A stretch of 63,777 nt of DNA, counting the filler, from Octopus bimaculoides (taxonomy: Eukaryota): NCBI RefSeq assembly GCF_001194135.2. It is 5 parts of 5 records of this genome, joined end to end, with 100 filler letters (N's around TTAATTAATTAA, not from the genome) between each part and the next. Parts side by side here need not be neighbours in the genome. Positions count along the whole stretch, not along the records: positions 1 to 12,874 come from NC_069008.1; positions 12,975 to 34,480 come from NC_068981.1; 3 more parts are not named here. One strand, given 5' to 3'. Positions 11,226 to 23,307 of this stretch are shown in pieces (the first letter of the stretch is position 1; each line of letters begins with the position of its first letter). The notes beneath the pieces were generated by a model. It had not been told where the DNA came from. It made no database searches and was given only the letters and a program-made list of their open reading frames with translations. The translations under genes and the position numbers were made by a program.

Positions 11226-12699
11226 TCTCATTCTATGTATCTATGCATGTGGCGCGCGCGCACACATGTGTATACATGTATATACAAATGTATGTATGTA
11301 TGTATGTATATGAATGGGCGAAATGAGGAGTAGATAGATGGCCGACAACTGATGAAGGGTCCCTTCTCTATATCTACTTGTCCTCTTTTCCATTTTTCTC
11401 TCGTTGCTTACGTATTTGACTCGTTTGTTTACATATTTCATGTTGCTTGCACAGTGTGTATATATATATATATATATNNNNNNNNNNNNNNNNNNNNNNN
11501 NNNNNNNNNNNNNNNNNNNNNNNNNNNNNNNNNNNNNNNNNNNNNNNNNNNNNNNNNNNNNNNNNNNNNNNNNNNNNTGTATGCACATGTATGTATGCAC
11601 ATGTATGTATGCACATGTATGTATGCATATATATGTACATCACATGGCGCGAGGTGCATTTTTTTTTTCTTTCGGCCAAGTGCAGCGGTTGATTCGCAGG
11701 AAACCTTTAACTAACGCCGCTAATGTTCACAGAATGCATGGTATATAAAATCGATATGCACGAGCGCGCGTGCGTGTGTAATTGCATGAGAGAGAATCAG
11801 AGATAGAGGGTGGAGGAAGGGAAAAAAAACAGAGAGGGAGAGCAGGTGTTTGTGTATGTGCGATTTGCGGTAGATTAACCTGATAAATCTAGCAAATCGG
11901 GAGACCCACGTAAGGGCTCAGAAGTCGGGAAAACTTTTTAGTCCCAACAGTGAACGGTTCATGCATGTAAAAAAAAAAGAACAAAAAAAGAAACATAAAC
12001 CCTGAATTTGTAAAAATCATTAAAAAGCACATAGTAAAACATAAAAATCATTAATCTTTAATTATATAAATTTATAGGTATGTTACTTATGTTCAGTTAA
12101 TATTTTGCTCTTAAGGCTTAAAAGCGCTTTTTTTCTTCTTTCTTCTCCCACACCTTTTTTTTCTCATGTGAGCTTTAGACAACTTTGTAAGTGAGCCGGT
12201 TCAAATTTCAATACAGGCAAAAAAGGAAAAAAATAAAAATCGACTACGATTGAGGGATGACCCCCCCCCACCTCCTTGACCTGGAGAGTCTCTCGATGGC
12301 TGGTTTATCGATTGAATATTCTACAAAGATAAATTGATTACGGCACACAGACATAACGATTAGTGATAATTAACATGTGGCTGTTTGTTTGCATAAGGGG
12401 ATGATGATGTGGTTTTAGTGCCGAACAGGATCTGTTCGAAAGCAGGGCAGATCGATAAAGAGAGGAGTTGTGCGTGATGTGCATGGCGGGAGCGGCGTCG
12501 GGGATGAGCGGAAGGGGGGTTGCAGAAGGGGGGGGGCAGCAGCGAGATTTTGAAATTAATGTACGTATACGTGTGCACTCGTGTGTATATATGTGTGTAT
12601 ACGTGCGTATATCAATGTACGTTTACACTACATATATTCTGTCCGTATATATGTGTGTCGGTGTATACATACATAAACACATACCCACACACACGCACA

Positions 12700-12747
<48 letters not shown>

Positions 12748-12794
12748 TATACACACATATATATACACATATATATATACATATATATACACAC

Positions 12795-12874
12795 AGGGAG
12801 GCTTCCTTCCCAAACCACATGGTTCCGGATTTAGTCCCACTGCGTGGCAACTGTCGTCTACTATAGCCTCGGGC
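12795..12874 (+). mobile_element. SINE family A head fragment
   Basis: CCACATGGTTCCGGATTTAGTCCCACTGCGTGGCA; runs into a gap. Confidence 0.8.
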
Positions 12875-12974
12875 NNNNNNNNNNNNNNNNNNNNNNNNNN
12901 NNNNNNNNNNNNNNNNNNTTAATTAATTAANNNNNNNNNNNNNNNNNNNNNNNNNNNNNNNNNNNNNNNNNNNN
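12875..12974. other. Artificial 100-bp scaffold gap marker, N44-TTAATTAATTAA-N44 (also 34525, 59135, 61027)
   Basis: The same 12-mer is centred in N runs four times. Confidence 0.95.
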
Positions 12975-12996
12975 CACACACACACACACACACATA

Positions 12997-13038
<42 letters not shown>

Positions 13039-13865
13039 CATCAAATATACAAATGCTTGTGCGACACATATGCATACACATATACAAATTTTATGCATAT
13101 TTATTTATATAAATATATATTAATATATAGGTATACATTTATATAGCTGTGCGAGTGTCTGCGTGCAGATTTGATGTAAGCATATGTCCTTGAATAGTCT
13201 GTAACATTGATACCTGAGAAGATAATTTTGTGAAGTCCATAATGTGGCTTCAATCACGTAGTCTCCTACACTCACAGGTTAACACACCCCACCAGAAACA
13301 GTTATATATATAACACTTTACCAAGAATAACTAATTATCTATTTAAAGTAAAGACAGCATGAAATTACCTTCTAACAAACTAAGGACGTCATTAAAAAAG
13401 TATATAAAACCTTTTGTTCCTCCTAGTAATTAGATCTCTATGAATAATTAATATATATATATATATATACACACACGCACACATACACACGCAATGGCTG
13501 TCACTAGATATCTCACCTTAGGGAAAATTAGAGGCTTTTGTTAACAGTTTTTGGGTGGCAGAGCTTGTTGCATGTTGAACAAAATTCCTTGCGGTATTTT
13601 GCTACTTTCCTTTACAGTGTGAGTTCTAATAACGTCGGAGCTGACTTTGCTTTTCGTCTTTCTAGGATCTATAAAATACGTAGAAGTGTGGGATTTGTGT
13701 TATAGTAATCAGCAGTAGACTCGCTACTAATATATTTGCTCCTATGCGTAAGAAGAAGAGGAGCAATATCTATATTTGTAGGTTCTCCAAGACATACGAA
13801 ACCTATGCATAGTGTTATCACCTGCGGTTGGTAGTTATAGTGAAACGCATGGTGAATCATGATAT

Positions 13866-13997
13866 ACTCTTTTACTCTTTTACTCTTTTACTTGTTTCAG
13901 TCATTTGAGTGCGGCCATGCTGGAGCACCGCCTTTAGTCGAGCAAATCGACCCCAGGACTTATTCTTTGTAAGCCTAGTACTTATTCTATCGGTCAA
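13866..13997 (-). mobile_element. SINE family A 3' half
   Basis: Near-identical to 9128-9250. Confidence 0.85.
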
Positions 13998-14325
13998 CGA
14001 GTTCAAATTACTCTCGAGACCTTTCATAAAATAACAATTATCAATGCTGCTATGCATAGTTTGATCCATTCCCTGCCAAAACCTTTTTAGAGTTTAGTCA
14101 TTTTCCACGTTAAATGTTTGTAAGTCCATTATATAGCGGATGTTATTATTTTAGATTGGTACTTACATTTTGATCCCAATTTAGCGAATACCTAAGTTAG
14201 CTATTGATATAAAAGGACTCGACATAACACAGCAGCCTCTCTCTTTCTCTCTCTCATTCTCTCTCTCTCTGTATATATACATATATGGATGTTTATATAT
14301 ATATATAAAATGTATGCATATATGC

Positions 14326-14384
<59 letters not shown>

Positions 14385-14451
14385 CATGTATGTATGTATG
14401 TATGTATCTATCTATCTAGCTATCTATCTATGGAACTATCTATCCTATATA

Positions 14452-14492
<41 letters not shown>

Positions 14493-16729
14493 ACTATGGA
14501 CGTCTTTAGAGCTTCCATATTCTAAATTTCATTCACAAAGTATTAGTCAAGCCATGGCTACATAGTTGCAAAGGAAATGCGTAAACACGCGACCACATCA
14601 TGGCTTATAAGCAACTCATAGCAGCTATTAGCTGACCCCTGTGAGAGAAAAAGCAAAAAAAAAGAAAATGAATAAATAAATAAAAAGGCAGTGGTGACAT
14701 GTTTGACTGCGCAAGTAAAGTGAGATAAATTCAATTAGAAGTCATGCTGTAAACTAAATTCTTTGTATTTAAACGCAGCACATATTTCAGAATATTTTGT
14801 CAACGAACGCCAGTGAGTAAGAGATAAGCCTTTTGCATAAGAATATACGACCTACTTAATATTCTTTGCTGAAAGGATTTCGTTTTGTGTTATTATACCG
14901 TTTGGCAAAGTGTTAGTGGCACAAGATCCGATTATCCATTTCTTAGAAAATTCCCACCTTACATTTCATACGTCACATCATATATGATGATGGTTATGGA
15001 TTTTTGAGCCAAAAGAGTCGTGTCGAATTTTCATTCTCAGTTTAAATTAGTTTTTTATTTGACTCAAGTCAGTAATAATTTTGGTAAAGGCTTTTACTTG
15101 CCGCATCCCTTATCCTTTCAGTAATATATGAAGCTAATATAAAAAGGGAAACCTCTTTACGGGGGAACAGAAAATGAGTCCTGGAATTAGCTGGTCCTCA
15201 AATTGCTCTTGCACGCTTTGTCAAATAAGGTTTTTTTTTTCTTGCAAGGATAAGATTTCCGATAGTTTTACTGTGAAGGAAATTCAAGTTTATGATGGCT
15301 TTTCTACTTGCGTCAAAAACAGAAGGGGAAAATTGAATGTTTGTAAACTTGGCACGTTTGTATTAATTTCACAGTCAAGTAGCCATACAAGTAAACGATA
15401 GAGAAAAAACAAAAAGAAGCTTGTGTGTTTAGTTTCTGTTTATGATTAGTTGTTAAGTAAAAGAACAAAACAAAGACAGAAAGAAAGAACGAAACACAGC
15501 AAGAGCGGATATCATGAAATGACATATGTTGATTACTTTCTGCTTATAATGCTCATTAGAAAGAATAATACCACTATAAATGATTAATATAGTAATTCAA
15601 GCAGACTGAATCTTGTCTCCATAGGTTCTAAATTCTAATCCCACTGGAATTAGCTTTATCACTTCCTCCAGCGATGGTCCATCGAGTGAAATTTATTCAG
15701 TCAACGCATTCTTTATATATATTTTTTGTTTTATGAAAATGTAAGAAATGACACAGAGGACATATAAACATTATAAAAATTAATTGCAGATGTTATCCAG
15801 TGATTAGTTGGATGCCGGTCAATATTGTCTTTCACTATTTAAGTACGTCTCTTTAATTTCTGATTTCAAATTTTTTCAATGTCTGCTTTGTCTTTCATTC
15901 ATCTTGGTCAGAAATTGTGGTCGATCATATTCGATTACCCCAAATCACCAAGGAGTTGAGGTTTTGTGCTTATATCAGAAATCAAATGTAATTTAGAGAC
16001 TGGAATGCTTAAAAAATAATTGGTGAAATTATCTTAGCATTGAAAATGCCACACTGCTTTTACTCTGTTGATTGTCGAAAACGCTGGATTCATGGTTCAT
16101 TCCCAGTGCTATTGCTAAGCCGTTTTCAATTGCGATTTGGTTACATAGTTGGTCACGAATTATGAAAATACAATATATTTCTTTTTCTGTATGCACTCAT
16201 CAAAAGAAAAGAGCGCTGGTCATCACGCGCGCGCGCGATAACGCGGTTCTTATAACTTGTGGATAAGCAGGTTTAGAATATTAGATGTAAATGTGAGTAA
16301 TGTTCATACTAGAATTTATGTAATTGAAATCAGATCTAGCCTTTCTGTCAAGTACCTTACGGTTTACAAATTGTTGAGACAAAAGTCTCTCTTACCACTT
16401 TAAAAGATCTTAAAGCACAGGCGCCTGACTACTTAACTTCAGCGGACAATCATATTTCTTCCTCTCCGAGCGATAGCTCGTTGCTAATACACGCAAACTA
16501 AATATCAAACACAGTGTTATTCCACACTTCCAGAAGAAATAAATTAAGATAGAAACATATAGATTTGATACTTATGTAGTTAGACAAACCATGTACAGTT
16601 TGATACAAGCTTTCTTTCTGGATCACATAAATGAAACCAACAGCAACAACAAAAACAAGTTTGCAATATGGCGGCACATTTGATGATCGAAATTATTGCT
16701 GAAGTGCTAAAAATTTTACAGATTTTGGT

Positions 16730-16763
16730 TGTTTTGTTGCTGCTGTTGTTGTTGTTGTTGTTG

Positions 16764-16842
<79 letters not shown>

Positions 16843-16866
16843 GAAGAAGAAGAAGAAGAAGAAGAA
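16730..16866. repeat. Compound (GTT)(ATT)(AAT)(AAG) microsatellite
   Basis: Direct inspection. Confidence 0.95.
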
Positions 16867-17588
16867 GGCGGTAAGCTGGCAGAACCGTTAGCACGCCGGG
16901 TGAAATGCTTAGAGATATTTCGTCTGCCGCTACGTCCTGAGTTCTAATTCCGCCGAGGTCGATTTTGACTTTCATCCTTTCGGGATCGATAAATTAAGTA
17001 GCAGTGGAGTTGATATAATCGACTAGCCCCCTCCCACAAAAATTTCGGGCTTTGTACCTAGGGTAGAAAAGGATATAATCGACTAGTCCCCTCCCCACAA
17101 ATTTCAGGCCTTGTGTCTATAGTAGAAAGGATTATTATTATTATTAAGAAGGCGGTGAGCTGGCAAGATCGTTAGCACGCCAGGCGAAATGCTTCGCGGT
17201 ATTTCGTCCGTCTTTACGTTCTGAGTTCAAATTCCGCCGAGTTCGCCTTTGCCTTTCATCCTTTCGGAGTCGATAAAATAAGCACCAGTTGAGTACTAGG
17301 TTCGATGTAAACGACTGTCCCTCTACCACAAAATTTCAAGCCTTGTGCCAATAGTAGAAAGGATTATTATTATTAAGAAGGCAGCAAGCTGGCAGAATTG
17401 TTAGTATGCCAGAAAAATGTTTAGCGGCAATGCATCCATCTTCTTGCTCTGAGTTCAAATTCTGCCGAGGTCGACTTTTCCTTTCATCCTTTCGTGGTCA
17501 AAAGATTAAGTACGTGTTGAGCAGTGGGGTTAATATAATCGACTAATTCCTCCTACAAAATTTTAGGCCTTGTGTCTATAGAAGATTA
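16867..17588 (+). mobile_element. SINE family B head-to-tail trimer
   Basis: Units start at 16867, 17151 and 17380, with (ATT)n-AAGAA spacers. Confidence 0.9.
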
Positions 17589-17624
17589 GATGGTCTTTAT
17601 TTTGTTTTTGTATCAACAAGGTAT

Positions 17625-18800
17625 GCTAGCCAACAGCATCGTGAGGTACTGGACAGCTGGATCGGTTAAATTGCTCTGGGTCTGGTTTGGTCCAAATCTC
17701 CAGATGGAGAACTACGGGGACGAAGATATGAGCAGGGTGGCCTATCATAGCCTGAAATGTGCCGAGAAGAAGCTATCCCGAAACGTCAAGCTGAAGTGAT
17801 GAATACCTACTCTATTTCCATCATTTATTTAGTGCCTAAGAACTGTGTCTTGCCCGTATTCACGCTTCGCTGGACTAGAGAGTCTGTTCTTCCTATTTTG
17901 GGGTGAGATACTCCATTTGCTGTCAGCACTCATTGCGTGGAGGATTTGTATCAACGTTGATAATGAAGCGCAGGCATGCGCTGAAGCTTCTACATCCGCA
18001 ACGATTCCTTGATAATGAACAGTTCTGGTCGTCGTGTGTCAGACAAAGTTTTCATTAGCTAGACTTGTTTGACAGAGATATCATCCCAGTCAATCAAAAA
18101 TTGAGACGGGGTTTATTGACATCATTAATGTCACTCAGCAACTCTGTACCGGTCTGTAAAAACCCCACGTTGGAGCTATGTAGAGGGTTACTGGTGGGCA
18201 AAAGAAACGATGTTTTCAGGGAAACTCTAGGTGTCGATGAAAATCCACCAACTAGTCTGCTCTGGAAGACTTTCGAGCCTGAGCCTACCGATAATTTCAA
18301 AAATCCTTCACCAGGCAGTGCTACCAAGCGGGCATTGCTACTTCAATACAAACTCCGCAGCACGAATGTCCGAGATGCGCGCTTAGCGATGAAATCATCC
18401 TCCAAGCACTTATCTACTGCCCGAGTACTGTGACTTACGGAGTTATGTCGAACACCTGCAATCACATCTAAGGAGGATACGGCTACCAGCTGTGACGATC
18501 GTCCTAGAACCTTCCATTAGCGGGAAGGAAATCAATCATTATCTAGCTTTGGTGAAAGAGATTGTCAGAGAAATGAAACTGAAAGAAATTAAGACTGACA
18601 CCTTCCTTTAAGAACAAGCCTTCATCAAATTTTTCAAATTTTAGTTGAAAGGGAAAGTGTAGGTAAATGGAAGCGCTACCTTCCAGCAAATTTGCTGAAT
18701 GGTGAATGAAAATGATGAGCACATTAATAGCAGCATCACAGCTTCGAATTCTACCAATATTACGAAGAATAAAAGGCAGGTCCAAAAGGTTGAAAGAGCC
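17625..18800 (+). mobile_element. L1/Tx1-type LINE ORF2 3' remnant, copy 1
   Basis: Broken frames give LLWVWFGPNLQMEN, RETLGVDEN..LLWKTFEPEPTDNF/QKSFTRQCYQ and the zinc knuckle CPRCALSDEIILQALIYCP. An A-rich tract follows to about 19010. Confidence 0.8.
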
Positions 18801-19079
18801 TGAAAAGCCCTCTATTCAGTCACCCACAAGCCAACCAACATAATAATACAAAGAAGAACAACAACAACCAAACATGCAACCCTACAAGCAACAAGAAAAA
18901 CACAAACACCAAATTAACCAAGAAAGAAGAAAAAACAAATACAAAAACCCACAACCCAATTCCCATTACTAAATGAAAGCATACATATTGCAACACAGTA
19001 ATAAAGAAACGAAAAGAGGTCACTCTGAAAAATTTCACGCTCCTAGCAAATAAAATACTGATAAAGATATAAAAGAAAG

Positions 19080-20170
19080 GTTTCCATATGTCGTGGGTCC
19101 TTGTAAAATAATTCTAGATAAGAGAATTCAGGAAGGTCCACTCAGAGAATCCCAGCCCCACTGGTAAGACTGGTGAATCAGATTTCCCACAAATCTAATG
19201 TAGCTGAACTTTCTCGTTTTCTTTTTTCGGTAGATATGGCGAATAACGGAGTATAAATGTGCATGACTTGCGATCAGTTTAGAAGCAGGGGCACCTGTTC
19301 ATTTACTTAGGTCACTAGCTATAGATGTAATAGACACCAGAATTTCTGACACATGCACTATGGCAACTGTTCTATTTATCTGTCCTAGATCAAGCGCAGA
19401 CCGCGGCAGGGCACTTAGTGTTGAAAATATCATCAGGTACTCACAGCCCCCTACTAGTTGGACAATATGGTTAGTGGAAGTTCCATCATAGGGAATTAGT
19501 AGTGGGCAAGATCGACGTTCTCGGGGAAACTCTGGGCACCGACGAAAATTAACAGACTTTCGATCTGAAAGACTTTGGATCCAGGACCTATAGACAATTC
19601 TCAGAAATTCTTGGCTTGCTGGTGCTATTGGGGGCAAGGTATTACCAGCTTGGGATAAAATCTATAAGCATGGTAGTGACGTCAGCCAGACCTGCTAGAG
19701 ATGTGTTGAGAGCAACGAAACCGTCGCTCGTACAGTGCCCGATAGTGCTCATGCAGTGCCCGATAGTGCTGGTACAGTACAGGAGCGTTGTTGACTTTAG
19801 TAGTTTTGTTGAACTGCTGCTATCACTTGTAGAAGAGATCCTGCTATCGGCCGAATCTATCGTGAAAATTCCATCGCTCTCCTCCTTTGGCAGGGAAGGA
19901 CAAGCAGTTTTCCTCTATTTGATGTTTATGGGGAAAGAGGGTGTGTGGTAGACGAAACTGAAAGGAGTGAAGACAGGCAAAACTCTCATCAACTTCTTGA
20001 GTTTCTATTGAAAAGAAAGGAAGGTTGGAAATAGAGGTGCTCTACCCAATGATAGGTAGGTGAATGTGGAGAGGATGGCCCAAGTGACCGGGACTACTTT
20101 GAGCTTGGAGAAATAAGCTTCAATTCAAATCTGTCACCAATGTTCTCCTTAATACAGCTGAATGTTATGT
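19080..20170 (+). mobile_element. L1/Tx1-type LINE ORF2 3' remnant, copy 2 (divergent subfamily)
   Basis: Broken frames give GETLGTDEN, KTLDPGPIDNSQKFLACWCY, DKIYKHGSDVSQTC*RCVESNETV/LVQCP and LSAESIVKIPSL..AVFLYLM..KEGVW. Collinear with copy 1. Confidence 0.8.
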
Positions 20171-20489
20171 CCTCTTGACCAGGCCGTTAAAAGGCAACTT
20201 CCTCACAGTTTATATTTGTTATCCATTTCTCTCTGATATACACACTATTGGAGACAGCAATACAGGCATATATTTTGCAGACGAGCAATTCTAATAATAG
20301 CAGTCTGTATGCCTGTCTGTCTGTCTGTCTGTCTGAGTGTCTCTGTGTTTGTGAGTCTATCTGTCTGTCTCTCACTCTCCCTCCTCCCTCTCTCTATCTC
20401 ACATACACACATATGCACTAGAATAAACAATAAAAATAAGATTGAAATACTCTACAAATATTTTCATCTTTATATTATTTACATTTACA

Positions 20490-20612
20490 TTGGACATGTG
20501 TCCTCATCTTGTTTGTTGTTACCACAACGGTTCGGCTGATTTACTCTCCAGCCTTCATCAGGTGTCCTGGTAGAATTTTGGACCCAACTCTGCGTTCTCA
20601 TTTCTAAGGTAT
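20490..20612 (-). mobile_element. Penelope-like element terminal-repeat fragment, copy 1
   Basis: About 120 bp homologous to 55290-55400, containing the hammerhead motif. Confidence 0.55.
20521..20566 (-). ncRNA. Penelope-type type I hammerhead ribozyme motif (A15.1->C)
   Basis: Minus strand reads GACAC-CTGATGA-A-GGCTG(10 nt)CAGCC-GAA-cCGT-T-GTGgT. Confidence 0.65.
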
Positions 20613-20667
20613 TTTTTTTTTTTTGCTGATGTTATTATTATCATTATTATTATTGTTGTTGTTGTTG

Positions 20668-20699
<32 letters not shown>

Positions 20700-21370
20700 G
20701 TTATTTTTTATTCAAGGCACTGCCTGGAATTGAACTCGCAATCTTTATGTTTGTTCATTTATACCGAAATTCTCTGATTGATTGTAATAGCTGTCTGATA
20801 TTTAAGTAAGGAGATTTAGCTTGATTTGAGAAGATACCGTTACATTATCTTCAACAACCTTTCAACGCATTATCCTTACATTTAATAACCCAACAAGTTA
20901 TGCTAGCGTCATGGTACCATTGCAAAGAAAAGACAATACATCTTAATTGGATATTCATAGATTTACCTCCATTTTTCTTCCATCAAATTCTTGTGTTGTC
21001 ATTTAGTAAAAACTAAATTAAAAAAAAAAAAAATTACATAGAGCTCGTGGTAATATATATGTTCATAGAAGTTCAAGATTTGAGTGAATCAGATATCTTA
21101 TTTAGTAAAGCACGAAGTTCGGATCAAATAAATAACAATCGTGTACGAAACAAAATTATAGGAACGTGTACGTACACACAGAAGTACAGATGGATTGATA
21201 TTCCAGTTGCATATTCGATTACAAGCGCCCAACGGAGTATACTACGAGTTTCAAGGCTGTACCTGGGAACACACACTGCACCAATTGTACTGTACTTAAT
21301 TGACTCTAGATCCACGTTAACTTCAGGTTCTGAATGAGGTGAATAATAAACAAATAACGAAGGAAAGATA

Positions 21371-21682
21371 TTGGGTCATTTACTACAGCTGCTTCAAACG
21401 AGTTTTTTTATTATTACATCATGAGAAAAAAACCGTTTCCATCAGGTGAATATACATAACATTCCCTGGCTAACTCCAGCCAAAAGATTCTTTGGCTGAA
21501 GCCAGCCAGGGTATCATAAAGTGGCACATAACGTTGATTCTTGGAATTTTTTCTTTTTAAATGTTTAATTCATGTGTATTCACGTAATGAAAACAGAGTT
21601 TTCGTATGATTTACTGACTCTATTCGTCAATAATAATAATAAAAAAAAACTCGTTTGAAACAGCTGCAGTGAATGAACCAAA
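21371..21682. mobile_element. Fold-back MITE with mariner-like termini and TA flanks
   Basis: Nested inverted repeats over its whole length. The left terminus TTGGGTCATT matches the mariner TIR at 29875. Confidence 0.7.
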
Positions 21683-21710
21683 TACCCACCACTTGTTACT
21701 TGTTTATGTA

Positions 21711-21748
<38 letters not shown>

Positions 21749-23307
21749 NNNNNNNNNNGCGCATGCGAGCGCGTGCGTGTTTACTTACTATACGCGTGTT
21801 TGTTTTTGTGTCTTCAGTTACGACATTTAATCTAAAAATGTTTTAAGCTGTCTTTTTACTTATTACAATATATGCATTTTAGTTACCACATAAGTATATA
21901 TAGACACACGTACTCTTACATGTATATACACATACGCACACACACATACGCATGTGCACCTAGGTTTGTATAATGTGTTTCTATCTGCATGATTTGTATG
22001 TTGAGATGGAAGATATGACTAAAAAAGAACTGAGTAAACGAACAAATGAATGAAGGAATGAATGAATCATGGAATAAGTTGACATGTGAGTATTGTTATT
22101 GAGAGGAAAGATCAGTAGATTATTGCTTTTGTTTCTTTAACCTTAAATGTCCCGGTCCAGAAGGTTATGATTTATAGTATGAGCTGTAATTAACAGCGAG
22201 TATGTTATAAGAAAACAAATATTTTATGTTAAACAGTCTCAAGTTGGTTCTATTGTAATAGAAGACAAATTGCTTATAATTACAGCAGGCGAATTGCTTA
22301 CGTAATTGCAGATGCATTGCTAATTCTGTCTTCTTAACCTCACGAGAAAAATACACATCTATTCCTCCTCTTTCTTTCTCTTGGTATATATCTGTTCATT
22401 GGCACACACCTACATGTATGTGCACCCGTATGTACATACAGGTATGAGCATACTTTACAATATGTGTCTGTTTGAAGATCATGTAATTATATTACCAATG
22501 TCTATACGCGGGAGTACTTCTGTGCGTGTGTGTGTTCTAATTGATATTAAGTGTAATTGTACGTGTATGTTTATACACGCATGTGCACGCTCTCACACAC
22601 ATATGTTGATAAAGGTGCAAATGAGAGGAAAATGCACTGAACACAGAGGAAAATGCACTGAAAATGCACTGAAAATGCACTGAACACTGAATATTTGGAT
22701 AGTTTGTGACTTCGACTTGCATCATTCTAAGATTCCTAGGTGTAAAAAAACACTTGTAAAATTCATGAAGTAGTATAATCGACAGTTTGCATAAAATATT
22801 TGCCTATAATGACCCTTGCTACAATTTCAGGTAGAATAAGAAAGAATTTTGTCGCATATCCTCCTTGTTATGCCTTGTTCTGCCCGTTACAAGACCTCCA
22901 GATATTACTGGTTATAAAGATGAGGCATCAGGTTTCTGGCTCTCAAAGAGTATATAGGCCAAGTAGTATTCCCTTTAGCGTCAGACCGTCATCATCCGAT
23001 GACTGTACATTTTCTTCAAACCGGACTGATTTTCTGTTAATAAAACATTCAATAATGCAGACCTAAGTTACAAAATGTTAATATATAAACAAACATACAC
23101 ATATCTGACTTTGTGTGTGTGTGTGTGCGCGCGAGTGTTTACTTATGTGTATGTATGTATGGACTTATGCATGTATGATCTGGATATGTTATATGTGTGT
23201 GAGAATGTGTGCATATACGTATGTGTATTTATGCGAATCTGTGTATATATATGTACATATATAAACATAGATAACTGTTACACACACACACACACATATA
23301 TATATTA

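Noticed and set aside
12919-12930. TTAATTAATTAA palindromes inside N runs (4 sites)
   Set aside because: A fixed 44+12+44 gap-filler pattern, not biological sequence.
17755-17792. CCGAGAAGAAGCTATCCCGAAACGTC resembling a hammerhead
   Set aside because: No paired stem II or valid core, and it lies within the LINE ORF2 remnant.
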